Of a stretch of DNA of 63,981 nucleotides, positions 11,051 through 24,832 are shown one piece after another. A model generated the notes under the pieces. That model saw only the letters and a list, made by a program, of their open reading frames with translations, had not been told where the DNA came from and ran no database searches. Position numbers and translations under genes: made by a program. This stretch comes from Octopus bimaculoides (taxonomy: Eukaryota): positions 122,850,026 through 122,914,006 of the forward strand of contig NC_068982.1 of assembly GCF_001194135.2 (NCBI RefSeq). Reading direction: 5' to 3'. Numbering within the stretch: position 1 is the first letter of the stretch; every line of letters begins with the position of its first letter.

Positions 11051-13962
11051 TAATATTGGATTGGCTTGCACTACATATCTAGCAATAATATCTGTTAAAC
11101 CCTTCCAGGCCTTCCTTTACTGTAGTAAGATTTCATAGGATAAGGACATAATTTTTTTATTTTTTTATTCTATCAGGCTATGGAAAACATATTCTAAGTG
11201 AAAGGTGTCAATCATCTCTCTTAACCAATAGTAGTTATATCTCTTCATAAATATGAGATTGTGTTGAAATTGCTTTGAAATTTATTATTTCTTTTTGATT
11301 TTTAAATTTTGTCATTTCTGTTAAGTAAAGAAAAATATTTTGTAATTTACAATAGTTTCTTCACTTCTAATTCACTATTTTGTGGGATGTAATGGCCACA
11401 TTTATCATTGTGTGAATAGCCATTGAAATAAACACGCACACATGTAAAGTTTAACTTTAATCTGTTTATAGACAAGCTGATCCTATTTTTTAAAATCAAT
11501 GTTTACAACATTACTTATTCACAACTTGTTTGTGTTGTAGAAATGGCATTATGATGAGATTTTATTAAATATATTTACACTACCTTTTAGCAAATACGCA
11601 TAGTAGTCTGTTTACATTTCACATATAAATACTAGTATTTATCTTGTCTTTTCAAATGTATATACTTGTTGATCTTTAAATTTTCTGGCATCTTTTCTTT
11701 CAAAAAAATACAGGTTTATAATTTTAACTTTTCAAAAATATTTTCAAAAATTTCTTTGCAGTATAAATTAAGATAAATTTATTTCACCAAAAATAAAACA
11801 AAGATATAAGCAAATATTAGTATGTATACAATTCATATAGTTAGTTTTTTATTCATATAGTTAGTATTTTATTAATTCACACATAAACATGCATGAATAC
11901 ATACATGTGTGTGTGTATACATGTGTAAGGTTTGATTCCAGTATTGCTTTAAAAACAAATATATCTTTCTTCCCTCCTGTTTCAATTATATGTATACATG
12001 TATAGAGAGATAGATAGAATGATTAATTGATCAACAGTTATACACATTATGTTAGCAATGAACTGGAGGAATGAGTTCTCAATACTGCTTAGGGGAATAA
12101 ATAATTTTTTTTTAACAGAATTCAGCAGCCCATTCCATAGGTTTCATGTGAACATATTCACAGTTATTCAGTCAGAGTTTAGATTGGTGACTTTTTCTTG
12201 TTAAAATACTAGAGTTGCTATCCAAATATTCAAACCCAGATTATCTGCAAATATATTTGCACAAAACCTATGGTATTGGACAACTAAATTCTATTGAAAT
12301 ATAATTATATAATATACATATCATATCATAATGATAGGATTATATATATATATATATATATATNNNNNNNNNNNNNNNNNNNNNNNNNNNNNNNNNNNNN
12401 NNNNNNNNNNNNNNNNNNNNNNNNNNNNNNNNNNNNNNNGTGCATTTGTTTTTAAAATAATTTTGAATTCAGACCTTCACAGCAAATTTCAAATTCTTCA
12501 TGGTTTACAAGAACTGAAAGTATATTTATTATATATGGATGAAGAACAAAGAAATTTGTAATTATCAATTGTGAAATATATATAGCTTTTGATTTCACAT
12601 TGCAAGTTTTAAAATATAACTCTTCTCTAATATAAATCACTTTATTTAAAAGCCTTGTGTATTTGCTAGTTGTTTCCCTCTCTCCTCATTACCAATTGCA
12701 GAAAGAATCTGGCCTTAGATAAAATATAGATACAGCAGTATAGAAATAGAGACTCCCTGCCAGTTTGACACTGAATATTAGCTCTGCTTTCAAACACCGT
12801 AAAGTAAGATTGAGTAGCTTAAATGTAATTTCTGTATCACAGTTTATCATATTTGTAGATATTATCATGCTTACAGATAATAAATATATATCAGCCCATC
12901 CTATGAAAGACACTTAGGAAAATAGTTTATAAATATAATAACATGTTTGTTGTCATAAGTTTTACAGCTAGGACGAATTATCAGTTCAATTAAAAAATTT
13001 AAAGAAATATAAAAAGAATATAAAATTCAATATGCTGACATATACTAATTAGAAGCATTATTATTATTTTTATTAGTTACACACTAATAACAATAAAAGC
13101 TATATGTTGTTTGTAGTGGTGACAACAAAACTAGTAGCCAAGCATATATATGTGCGCGTGTGTGTGTGCTAAAAATGTCTCACTTCTACAAAGCTGTGTT
13201 GTTAGTGACATGGGAGATTTTCCTTGGCCAACCCTGATAATGTTGGGTTGAAGGGATTAGTTAATGATCTCCTAATCTCTACTGTATCATTTGTAGATAA
13301 ATGGGCTTATAAACATTATCATTGTCATCATCGTTTTAATGTCAGCTTGCATACAAAACTATAACCAGTTTTCTACAGCCAGATGATCTTCCTGACACCA
13401 ATTCTCACCTGTTTCCAAGCAAAATTATAATCCCCCATCTATTGAACAAAAAGCATTTAGGCATGTTTTTGTAGAGAATTGTAAACAAACAACACTTTTT
13501 GCATAAACAGTGAGGCCTTTGTTTACAATCAGTGCCCAACAAGTTAAAACATGCTAACAAGTCTGGAAATACTTTTACACAGTGGATTGCAAAAAAATGA
13601 CATTGTCTGCATAAATGATGAGGCTTTTGTTTCCAATTAGTGCACACCCATGTAAAAATGAGGGGAATTATGAACTTACTCACACATACACACACATATA
13701 GACATATATAGTACAGGTTTCTTTCAGTTTTCATCTACAAATTTCACACACAAGATATTGGTCAATCTGTGGCTTTAATGGAGGACACCAACCAAAAGTG
13801 TTCATTTAGTGGAACAGAACTCCTAACCATGTGGTTCCAAAGGGAATTTCTTAGCCACAAAGTCATACCTATGCTTATCAATTAATATTGAATTCTAGGT
13901 AGTAAGATCTTAATTGGAATGAGCCATAAGACAGATGAAAGTAATTAGCATGGGAGATAGAT

Positions 13963-13997
<35 letters not shown>

Positions 13998-14952
13998 CTT
14001 TAGTTATGTTAAGGAAAAATAAATTGTAAGCATAGGATTAAGTTAATTCACTGCAGTTTAGATAAACAAATTTTAGTTTGTTTACAATGTAGATGGAGCA
14101 GAGGATTAGCTTACAACTGGTTTTATAGCATAATGTTTTGTGCATTAAGTTAGGAGGGTGAGAGAGAATGATAGGGACCATTGAATTAAGATAGCCAGGT
14201 GCACCATGGTAAGAAAGGGAGAAGCTAGAGTTAGAATATAAAGTATTATTTCTCAATTAACTAAACCTTAGAATAAAATAAACACCAAAAGAGGACAATA
14301 ACTAAATCCACAGATGTTTTCAGCTTTATATGAAACTGTTGACTAATACGTTTTTTAAACACTCTATTCTATAGAACTTTGCCTCAAGCTATTTACAATG
14401 AGGGTAGATATTGATTGCCTTTTAATATATCAATTTTCAATTTGTCATTCTGAAAGCTATTCAGTAATAGTTTATGTTTTTGTTTTATTTTTGGCATAGT
14501 ATTTGGAATAAAAGTGCATGTCATTTTTTTTTCTTGTTTTTATGGAAGTTTCCTTTTTTTTTTCTAGTCATTGAAAATAAATCAGGATTGCAGAAAAGCT
14601 TAGAAAAAAAAATTAGATATTTCAAAACTTCCTCAATCACATTATTTGGACAAAACAAAAACATATAGCTATCTGATTATAGAACTTTGACATTTTTTTG
14701 CCATCAATTCTTGTTCTCTTAGACACATATGGTCTACCATTTATGATGTTGGCCTGATGAGTATGATGATAATAACAATAATTACTAAAGGTATTAATTA
14801 ATACTAGGGTCAATTGAACCAATAACATCCATCCTTCGAAATCTGTAGCCTTGTTCTTATATTAGAAATCATTACTAAATAGTTTTATCAAAAATAGACA
14901 ATAATGAAAAACATAGATAATGATGATAATAATAATAATAATAATAATAATA

Positions 14953-14988
<36 letters not shown>

Positions 14989-15637
14989 GTAATAATAGTG
15001 GTTCATGAACAATAGATGGAGAGGTAGATAAATTAGCTGAAGTTTGTTGTTCATTTCATAAGCAAAATAATCTTATAGGAAGAAAAGTAGTTTTGTAACT
15101 CTTATTTGAACTATGTTTTAAACTCATTTACAGAATTGGCATTAACAGTAGTCAGTAATTTAAAACATTAGTTTGTCTTTCGTAACAAAAAAAAAAAATG
15201 ACTCACCAATATTCCTGTAGAAATAGTTGACACATTAACAAAATATTAGTTTCAGCTTATAACAACTTCAAAATATTCTTTGTTATAATTTATATATTTC
15301 TAATAATGACCTATTTATAATGTTGTAAAGAAAAAATGCATCAATTTACAATTTACAAAATGTTGAATTTAATGATTTACAAAATTTTTACTATTCAATA
15401 AATATTTGATTTTTTAAAATTAAATATAATAAAAAATTCTTCTTTTTTATCCAAATAGACCATAGACATAGAAAAAAAATTGTAGTAGTTATCTTCCATT
15501 TCAAAATAGGACAGCATGGTGGGAATAATATATTTTGAATTTTCGATCAAAATTGGGGTTTAAATCCCTAGCCATAGCTGGTATACATTTACTCAAATAT
15601 TTGAGTTCTATTTTTCCTGTTTGCATCATCATACCTG

Positions 15638-15687
<50 letters not shown>

Positions 15688-15993
15688 NNNNNNNNNNNNT
15701 TCTTAACCCTTAGGAGATGACTGGGCTGGTTTATCAGCCTACCAGTTTTGTGCTAGAAAGATAAAAGGGTCAATTTCTTCCAGAAAATATATGTATTTGT
15801 CTCTTGCGATTCAGAAATTTTTATAAAATTTTAAATAATACCTTTATTCTTTTTGTATCTCATAAAAGTGGTTTTGTCATCTCTACTGTAGAAGCATCAT
15901 CTGTAAGCTTCATCTTCAAAGGTTTAAACTATAGCACTAAATCACTGATCTAGTCCATGAGATAGTACATACACATTAGCTGACAAATTATTA

Positions 15994-16067
<74 letters not shown>

Positions 16068-16068
16068 G

Positions 16069-16238
16069 TTAGCGGTATTTCATCTGCCGCTGTGTTCTAA
16101 ATTCAAATTCCACCAAGATCAACTTTGCCTTTCATCCTTTTGTGGTCAATAAATTAAGTACCAGTGAAATTCTTGGGTCGATGTAATCGACTAGTCCCTT
16201 CCCCCAAAACTTCAGGCCTTGTGCCAATAATAGAAAAG

Positions 16239-16279
<41 letters not shown>

Positions 16280-16300
16280 TACTACTACTACTATTATTAC
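16069..16300 (+). mobile_element. 5'-truncated family B SINE inside an (ATT)n array
   Basis: Same body as 10266-11050 with (ATT)n on both sides. Confidence 0.88.
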
Positions 16301-18322
16301 TGTTGTGTTATTGAAAACTGAGGCTTTGGATTCACTTTTGCCATATTTTTGGCAATAGCATCTGTTAATTCTCTCCATGCCTTCCTTAACTCAGTCAGAG
16401 TTTAGAGAATAAAATACAGGAATTATTCTGTTGGTATATTTAGTCATTACAAATGTTGGGTGTCAGTCATCTCAACTAACTATATATGAAGTGACAAAGG
16501 TAGATTGATAAGTTCACAGCAGATGACATGTCATTTGTAATTGAAGTAAATTCTCTTATCTCCATGCCATCTACTTTGGTTTTTATATTTTGTTTACATC
16601 CATAATTTAAGTTTAACAGGACACCTTGAAGTCATTATCAGCTGTTGCATTTTTGAATACATTCTAAATATATGAATCTCATTTAATGTCTTAGATCTCT
16701 AAATTAAAATCCTAATAGGTGTCATTTGTCTTTCATACCTCCAAAATGAATTCAATTGAATGCAGACTCTTGGCTTATAAAAATTAAAATTATGTATAGC
16801 CAAAACAAGCTTTTTTATTAGAAAATCAAGCTCAGAATGTAATATAGTTTTACTATAATTCTTTTTCTTTTTCTATCAGGGAAGTCCTATAAAATACATC
16901 CTGTACTAACTTAAAACAAAGTTAACTTTTTAACCAACCTGTGCACATCATCTTCTATTCATAAAGCATTTATGACAAAAGATATGAATAGGTTGTAATG
17001 ATAAGTTATAAATGCATACATCTATGCATTTGTATATTTTTGTATGTCAGCAAAACTAAGAACTAAATTCTGATATCGACAATGTTATTTAATGAATTAC
17101 CTTGTCTTCAATCCAATTAAATTTTGATAAAATGCCTATTTTGTTCATTGCTGCTCATTGGCTACATTTTCGAGACTGTGGGTTATTTTGTTTTGTTGTT
17201 TTGTGTTTTTGTCTAGGAAACATTTTTACTCATTAAGGACCATCTACTACATATTTAAAGCTTTGCTTTGTAGTTAAATAAGGTCAGCCATTTATTTTAC
17301 CTAAGGTATCTTTTTTTTAATGCCCATTGAACATTCAGTAATTCTTTTATATTATTAAGATGCTTTATTCTTTCTTCTGATACATCATATAGAATAATAC
17401 TACAAAAACTTATATTAATGAAATTAATTATTACCTAGCTTTAAATGTGTTTAATATTTCTTAATTATTACAGTTATGAGTGTGCAGATGGCCAAATGAA
17501 TAAATGAAATAGACAACCATCTTTACAACCTGTCATTATCATTATACCGTGTTGGTCCGCTAGAACACTTAACTCTAAAATGGCTGAATCTCACCTAACT
17601 GTAACTAGGTACTGTAGAGTAGGGTCAGCTTGCTACAAGTCAGCAACAGCATTATAATAAGGAGCAGTCCTGTGTTTACTCTAAGTTCCATTTTTCCTTG
17701 TAAGTAGATAATGGAGAATAATGATGTGAAAAGGAGATTTTGCTGATGCCCCACAAACAGCAGAATTAACAAGATATCTGATAATGATTGCAGTTATACA
17801 AATATTAGCAAAAGTTTGAGTCACAGAGGAAAAACCCTCAATACTTTCATAGGTTGTTAATTGTTTATACATAACTTGGCATTTAATAGAAAGATTTAAA
17901 TGTTTAAATAGATACATAAAAATTACTTTGATTTATGAGTGTGATATATGTATGAAGATTACTTATTGAAAGAATGATTTATCTAATAATTAAGTAATCT
18001 GTACTAATTCATATAACTAAATATACCTCCCATCTCATTATTTTTTTCATTGGAAATTTTTTTGTTATTTATATTTTTCTAATAATATTTCATAAAAGTA
18101 AAATTAGAGATGAAATATAAGCACTGGGTTTCTCTAGTTATATCTTGCAACATATTCTGAATAAAACTGACCTTTATCTGGCTATTAAAGGGTTGGAATC
18201 AACTTCATTTCTAAATTAATTTAATCTTTCAGAAATTTAAACAAGTTTACTATATCATATTTACCCTGATACCTTGAACATCCATTGAATTCTTGAAAAT
18301 TCAGTTACTTTTGATATGGATG

Positions 18323-18373
<51 letters not shown>

Positions 18374-18822
18374 NNNNNNNNNNNNNNNNNNNNNNNNNNN
18401 NNNNNNNNNNNNNNNNNNNNNNNNNNNNNNNNNNNNNNNNNNNNNNNNNNNNNNNNNNNNNNNNNNNNNNNNNNNNNNNNNNNNNNNNNNNNNNNNNNNN
18501 NNNNNNNNNNNNNNNNNNNNNNNNNNNNNNNNNNNNNNNNNNNNNNNNNNNNNNNNNNNNNNNNNNNNNNNNNNNNNNNNNNNNNNNNNNNNNNNNNNNN
18601 NNNNNNNNNNNNNNNNNNNNNNNNNNNNNNNNNNNNNNNNNNNNNNNNNNNNNNNNNNNNNNNNNNNNNNNNNNNNNNNNNNNNNNNNNNNNNNNNNNNN
18701 NNNNNNNNNNNNNNNNNNNNNNNNNNNNNNNNNNNNNNNNNNNNNNNNNNNNNNNNNNNNNNNNNNNNNNNNNNNNNNNNNNNNNNNNNNNNNNNNNNNN
18801 NNNNNNNNNNNNNNNNNNNATA

Positions 18823-18930
18823 TACTTAGCAAAATCTTTCTCAGAGAAAAACATTTAAAAACAGTTCAAATTATATTTATAATTTGAACTGTTTTTAAAT
18901 GTTTTTCTCTGGGGAAGATTTTGCTAAGTA
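18823..18930. repeat. Palindrome with 53-bp arms and a 2-nt centre
   Basis: 51 of 53 positions complementary; the two exceptions are T/G at 18839/18914 and 18841/18912. Confidence 0.95.
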
Positions 18931-20030
18931 AGGACAAAACTAACAACAGTTGTGCAGTAGAATTTATCTACAACAAACTGAGATCCCAACTCTCAACCAG
19001 CATCCAAAGTCTTTTTAAAGTCAGGAATGGTAATAAGCATCTTCACACATGTAATTCCTAATTCAGAACAAGGCCTGATTTTTTTCATAATTTGTAAGGT
19101 TTTTTTTTTCCTTTTTTTTGTATCATTTATGTCACTTTTTTTCCTTCTCTTATTATTTTCTGTTTGGTTGAATACATTATGTTTCCATTTTCTTTTTGGA
19201 TCAATGTAAAGTATATGATGAAGGTTTGAATCCAGGTAAAACTTAGTATTATATTACATTTATGGAAATATCTCTTTCTCTACCATCTATATTAATTTTC
19301 AATATAAAGCAATGGATGAACATTTAAATCTAGAAAAAGTATTCTATACTCTGCATAAATATCCTATATTCTGACTATTCTCTGTTCTTGCCTGTTAGTC
19401 AGATAGGAATCCTGTCTACATGGTCGAATCTATTGCACTACAGATTATGAATTCATCCTTACCAAGTAAAACCTCACCAAGTTTAATGAACTCTTCAGGT
19501 GAAAACTTTTAAATGTAACTGAACATTTCCAGCTTAGTGGACAAAAATATCTCTATTCACTCTTCTATATCATTACAGTTTTTCCTGTAGACCTATTGTT
19601 TATATAAAGCTCCAAAGAACTTAATTTATCTTAAACATACCCTTAACATAAATATAATTGTCCATGAGCTGTAGCTGTAATGATAAGTTATAGAGATAAT
19701 GTATACCTGTAGATGATGGGGAAAAGAAGTAACAATTAGAATACTTAACATTAACTAGATTTGAGTTCTTGCCTATGTTTTACATTGAAAATGAATACAT
19801 GGTAGGATAATCCTTTTTTTTTCATAAATACAGTATAGAATGCTAAACTGTAACTGGATTTGAACCTTCACCATTGAACAAAAATACTTATCTCAACTGC
19901 CATTGGAAGATCAGAGAAACAAAATAACATGTCACATAAATGATGCAAAAAATATTTTTTATATATACATATAATAGTATAATTCCATACCCAAATCNNN
20001 NNNNNNNTATATATATATATATATATATAT

Positions 20031-20454
20031 ATTAAAGTATTAATTTCGAAAAACAAGTTTCAAGGTCAATAATACTCCTCATCAAAGCCAACACATATCT
20101 AAACACAGAAGGCATATATAAGCCATTATAAGCATGCAAACACATGACATACAAAAGCATATATATATACATATAATAGTATAATTCCATACCCAAATCA
20201 AAGTCAGATAAGTCATTGCATAAATACATACAGATAAATACATAATTTATCTGTATGTATTTATGCAATTACTTATCTGACTTTGATTTGCGTATGGAAT
20301 TATACTATTATATGTAGATATGTATGTTTTTGTATGTTATGTATTCACTTGCTTTTAATGGCTTATACATGCCTTCTGTGTTTAGATATGTGTTGGCTTT
20401 GATGAGGAGTATTATTGACCTTGGAACTTGTTTCTTTCAAACTAATATTTTAAT
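20031..20454. repeat. Long foldback inverted repeat, arms about 209 bp, 5-nt loop
   Basis: 20031-20239 vs the reverse complement of 20245-20454: about 18 differences by hand count (about 91% identity). Confidence 0.95.
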
Positions 20455-20525
20455 CTAATCACTCAATAAATTGAGCCCTACATTGTTGTTTCTTGAAAAG
20501 AGTTCACCTCTATAGTTTTTCATTA

Positions 20526-20569
<44 letters not shown>

Positions 20570-21684
20570 TGCAAGATAGTATACTGGTATTGCCAGATAC
20601 CACCTTGTTCCCCAGATAGCATCCTGGTGAAAAGACTAATCCATTAAGGATCAAAACCCTAAAAGATTTATATTCCTAGTAGATTTCACTTTTCACCTTC
20701 ATTTTACTGAGGACTCACCATCTCCATCTCAATAGGCCAAAATCTAGTTGGTTGAATATGAGTAGGTGATAAATTTCAAAAATATGCACTCCATATACAT
20801 AACACTCTTGTTGACTTTGTGACCAATGCCAGAATAAGCAACTTTTAAAGAATCAAGTATTACTGAATATTTATGTTTACTCATTTACATTAGAATCATG
20901 TTTAGCAACTCTGACAACTAAATATACTAACAGAATTATTAAATTCGTATGTTTAGCTACTTAAAAAACACAAAAAACAAGTACACATTGACTAATTCAA
21001 GTATTTATTTTCAAATCAAGATTTTATTTAATTTTTACATCTAGCTTACATTCAACTTGTTTGCAAGTTTTTAACACTTAAGTGTTATAATGGAAGAGGT
21101 AAATTCAGATTGCTACCATTAATCTTTTAATCTGTTTTGTAAATTATTAACAGCAGTTGAAACCTGATGAATTCTAAGTAATCTCCTTCCTTCTTCCCAC
21201 TTATTGTTTTATACTAACCTGGGTTTTTTTAATTTTGGTTTTTAAAATTTTTTTTTATGATATATGTCAATGATTAATGTCAATATTTGACTTTATACTG
21301 TAAATTTGTGTATTTGCTATAATCATGTGAAACTCAAGGGTCATTATATACAGGCAGTCGCTATTTATTTGAGCATACCATTATATATGGCAAAAATTAC
21401 ATTGGCTAAAAACGAAACAAAAATTACTGCTGTTTTGTTGACCATGTTAATTCTATAGAAATAGAATGTTCCCAATTGTGATAAGATTCTATAAAATATT
21501 ATGCATGTTACTGCAGCTGCTAAGTTGCGTTGTTGATAGAATTTAGTACAGTGTATATAATTTGCTTATACAGCATGTATAATAATAATAATAATAATAT
21601 AAATTTTAAAAAAATAAACTCTTACATTAAATAAATGAATTTTTGTTGTTTTCATTTCTACTTTACCTTTAATGTTCTGTAAAT

Positions 21685-22301
21685 CAATGGTCCCCAGTTT
21701 TTTTGGCAATACAGACCAGTTCCATGAAAGACAATTTTTCCTTTGACTGACGGATCACACACATAACTAAACACAAAGTGCATAATATATAATTTAATTA
21801 TTATGTTTATAATACTTATAAAAAAAAAGGAGCACTCCATCAGTTACGATGATGAGGGTCCTAGCTGATACGATCAAGGGAACAGCTTGCTCGTGAAATT
21901 AACGTGCAAGTGGCTGAGCACTCCACAGATATATGTGCCCTTAACGTAGTTCTCAGGGAGATTCAGTGTGACACAGAGTGTGACAAGGCTGGCCCTTTGA
22001 AATACAGGTACTACTCATTTTTGCCAGCTGAGTGGACTAGAGCAATGTGAAATAAAGTGTTTTGCTCAAGGATACAGTGCATCATCAGGAATTGAACTCA
22101 CAACCTTACAATCGTAAGCCGAATGCCCTAACCACTAAGTCACACACTTTCAATCACATATATATTACATATATAATGTATAAATAATGCAAAAGCACCC
22201 TGCAGATTGTAATAGTCAATAAAATTGAAATAAAGTGTGGCCCAGTACCAAATGATCCTTGGCCAGGTACCAGTTTCCAGCCCAGCAATTGAGAACCCCT
22301 A
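21685..22301. mobile_element. hAT-Charlie-type MITE with a perfect 8-bp TSD and a nested SINE
   Basis: CTGTAAAT at both 21677-21684 and 22302-22309 (central TA). Degenerate termini caatggtcccca ... ttgagaaccccta. SINE inserted at about 21845-22150. Confidence 0.8.
21845..22150 (-). mobile_element. SINE (family B-related) nested in a hAT MITE
   Basis: Shares gtgaaattaacgtgcaagtggctgagcactccacag...ctggccctttgaaatacagg...gagtggactagagcaa with 22570-22840 and 26808-27140. Confidence 0.85.
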
Positions 22302-22569
22302 CTGTAAATGACTTTGTTTTGTTATTTATTAGTTTTTCATCAATGATTCTAACCGTTATGATAGTTGTGAGGTTTGTGTATTCCTACAATCCAAAGAACT
22401 ATACCAGTCAGAGTTTTATTTAGGCTCATATAACCATGCTGGATAGATCTAAAGCAAGGCATTACACTAAATAATAATTGCAATCAGAAACAATAGAATA
22501 TATCATGGCAGTTGTACAACTTCAGCAGAGAAATCATCTAAGCAATACTGGCACTCTGTTGATTACAAC

Positions 22570-22840
22570 AATGAGTATTCCAGTTGATTTGATCAATGGA
22601 ACAGCCTGCTTGTGAAATTAGCCTGCAAGTGGCTGAGTACCCTTAATGTAGTTCTCAAGGAAATTCAGTATGACACAGAATGTGACAAGGCTGGCCATTT
22701 TTGAAATACAGGTATTACCCATTTTTGCCAACTGAGTGTACTGGAACAACATGAAATGAAATGTCTTGCTCAAAGACACAATATGCCGCTGGGGATCAAA
22801 ACTCACAACCTTACAATCATGAGCCAGGTACCCTAACCAC
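22570..22840 (-). mobile_element. SINE, same subfamily as 21845-22150
   Basis: Colinear similarity to the 21845 and 26808 copies. Confidence 0.82.
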
Positions 22841-22968
22841 TTTTACATTTAAGCAATAAGCAATGGTGAAACTCACAGAATGCTGGAAAACAGAAACATA
22901 TCAATGCTATTGATCAGGATAATCATATCCATAAGTGAATCATTGTTAATATCTACAGGACTAGCAGT

Positions 22969-23153
22969 TATTGTATTTTCTGATATACAAGTCAAATTTT
23001 TCAGACCAAATTTTACAGCCAAAAAAAGGTCAGTTGACAACTTTGGAGAACCAAAATTTCTGTGGGAAATACAGCAGGATTTGGGAAAATAGTGACAATG
23101 TTTGAATGTTTACTTTATATACTCTGTTGACCTGTATGCCAGAAAATATGGTA
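22969..23153. mobile_element. Tc1/mariner (Tc2/pogo-type) MITE, copy 1
   Basis: Imperfect TIRs TATTGTATTTTCTGATATACAAGTCAA and TTGACCTGTATGCCAGAAAATATGGTA with TA ends; interior similar to 31025-31246. Confidence 0.75.
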
Positions 23154-23509
23154 CAGATGCTGTTCAACTTTCTAAGAATTGGAAATATGAGCAAGCTCAG
23201 CCTGAAATTAATATACTAAGGTTGCTGATGTAGTTCCCCAATAAAATCTAATTGGAATGTTTTGCTTGTGCAGGTTGTTGTTTTTTTCCGTAAGCTATTT
23301 ATTGCACTGCAATATGAATTTCAAAACAATATGGTATTATTACCACAGGATATCATTACTTATATGTAGAACCAGCTAAAGGTACAACAACTCAAAAAGA
23401 CACCCAAGAGAATACCTGAGGTGCTTGGACTCTTCTAAATACAAAAAGGAAATGTAAAAATGATAAATAAAATGAAACAAAAATTTTTTTGAAGGGTAAG
23501 GATTATTGT

Positions 23510-23872
23510 AAAACATTGCATGGCTTTGCAACCATGTGGTTTTGGGTTATGTCCAACTGCATGACATCTTGAGCCAATGCCTTCTACTATTGCCTTGGGC
23601 CAGCCAGTGCCCTGTGAGTGATTTTGATAGACTGAAACTGTGTGGAAACCTGTCGTGTGTGTTTGTGTGTATATATCTATGTGTGTGTGCGTCTGCATTT
23701 GTCCTACCCCTCCCCACTGCTTGACAATCAATGTTGGTGCTTTGGCAAAAGAAAATGACAGAATAAGTACCAGACTTTAAAAAAAATTTAGTACTGGGGT
23801 TGATTTGTTTGACTAAAACCTTTCAAGGTAGTACCCCAGCATGGCTGCAGTCCAATCACCTCAATACAAGTT
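23510..23872 (+). mobile_element. Family C SINE (tRNA-like head, central (TG)n, tail ending like tgactgaaacaagtaaaag)
   Basis: Colinear with 27240-27635, 31826-32232 and 42393-42783. Confidence 0.82.
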
Positions 23873-24537
23873 AATAACTTCAAAGGTTATCCAACAGTTT
23901 ATTTGGTTATGAGGTCAAAAAGAAGCAAGAAGTCATAACTTTAAGCATGAATTATGAGGTCAGAGAAATTGATTTAAAAAGTCATGTTTAATGAACTCAA
24001 AAGGTTGCCAGATACAACAGTACCTAGCTAACAAACAGGATATGACAACTTTAGTTGTTGGGACCAACCTTATTTTAACATTTATCTTTCTGTTCCTGCT
24101 GAAATGTAAGTAAATTATTTTCTTATTTCTATGAAGTGCAAATGTTTATCTGAATGTTCTTAAGTTATTTTGTAATCATCAGCCTTAGATAAAATATGCA
24201 GTACTCTATAGAAGAAGTGTATTGAAACAATAGAATTTTCAACCTAACATTGGCAGTAAAATATAATCTAACTCTTGATATCATATTTTTGTTGAAATAC
24301 ACTGTTTTTCATCATCATCATCATCATCATCATTTAATGTCTCATATATATCATCATTATCATCATTATTTAATGTTCGCCTTTCATACTGGCATGGGTT
24401 GGATGGTTTGGTAGGAGCCAATCAGGCAGGAGCCTGCACCAGATTTCTATGTCTGTTGTGGCAGGACTTTTACAGCTGGATACCCTTCCTAACACCAATC
24501 ACCCAGCAGAGTGGACTGAGTGCTTTCTTATATGGCA

Positions 24538-24800
24538 CTATATATATATATATTTATCATCATTTGATGTCTATATATATATATCATCATTTAATGTCTA
24601 TATATATATCATCATTTAATGTCATCATCTAATGTATATATATATATATATCATAATTTAATGTCTGTATATATATATATATCATAATTTAATGTCTGTA
24701 TATATATATATATCATAATTTAATGTCTGTATATATAAATATATATATATATATCATAATTTAATGTCTGTATATATAAATATACATATATATATATATA
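24538..24800. repeat. Minisatellite of about 27-40-bp units: (TA)n + tcat(c/a)atttaatgtct(g)
   Basis: About eight tandem units visible. Confidence 0.9.
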
Positions 24801-24832
24801 GAGAGAGAGAGACTAGCTTAAAAGCCACCTAA

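Noticed and set aside
13500-13650. Two roughly 40-bp repeats 108 bp apart giving Cys/His-rich minus-strand peptides that look like zinc fingers
   Set aside because: Spacing is not C2H2 and the segment lies inside a composite SINE.
15860-15928. Minus-strand mini terminal-exon candidate FKPLKMKLTDDASTVEMTKPLL*
   Set aside because: Too short, and no phase-consistent chain with candidates near 16720-16755 or 17100-17150.
17590-17800. Minus-strand signal-peptide-like MELRVNTGLLLIIMLLLTCS
   Set aside because: Stop after 28 codons, before the best donor; hydrophobic runs are common in T-rich DNA.
24538-24800. Regularly repeated short units that superficially resemble a CRISPR array
   Set aside because: The spacers are just (TA)n in eukaryotic DNA, with no cas genes.
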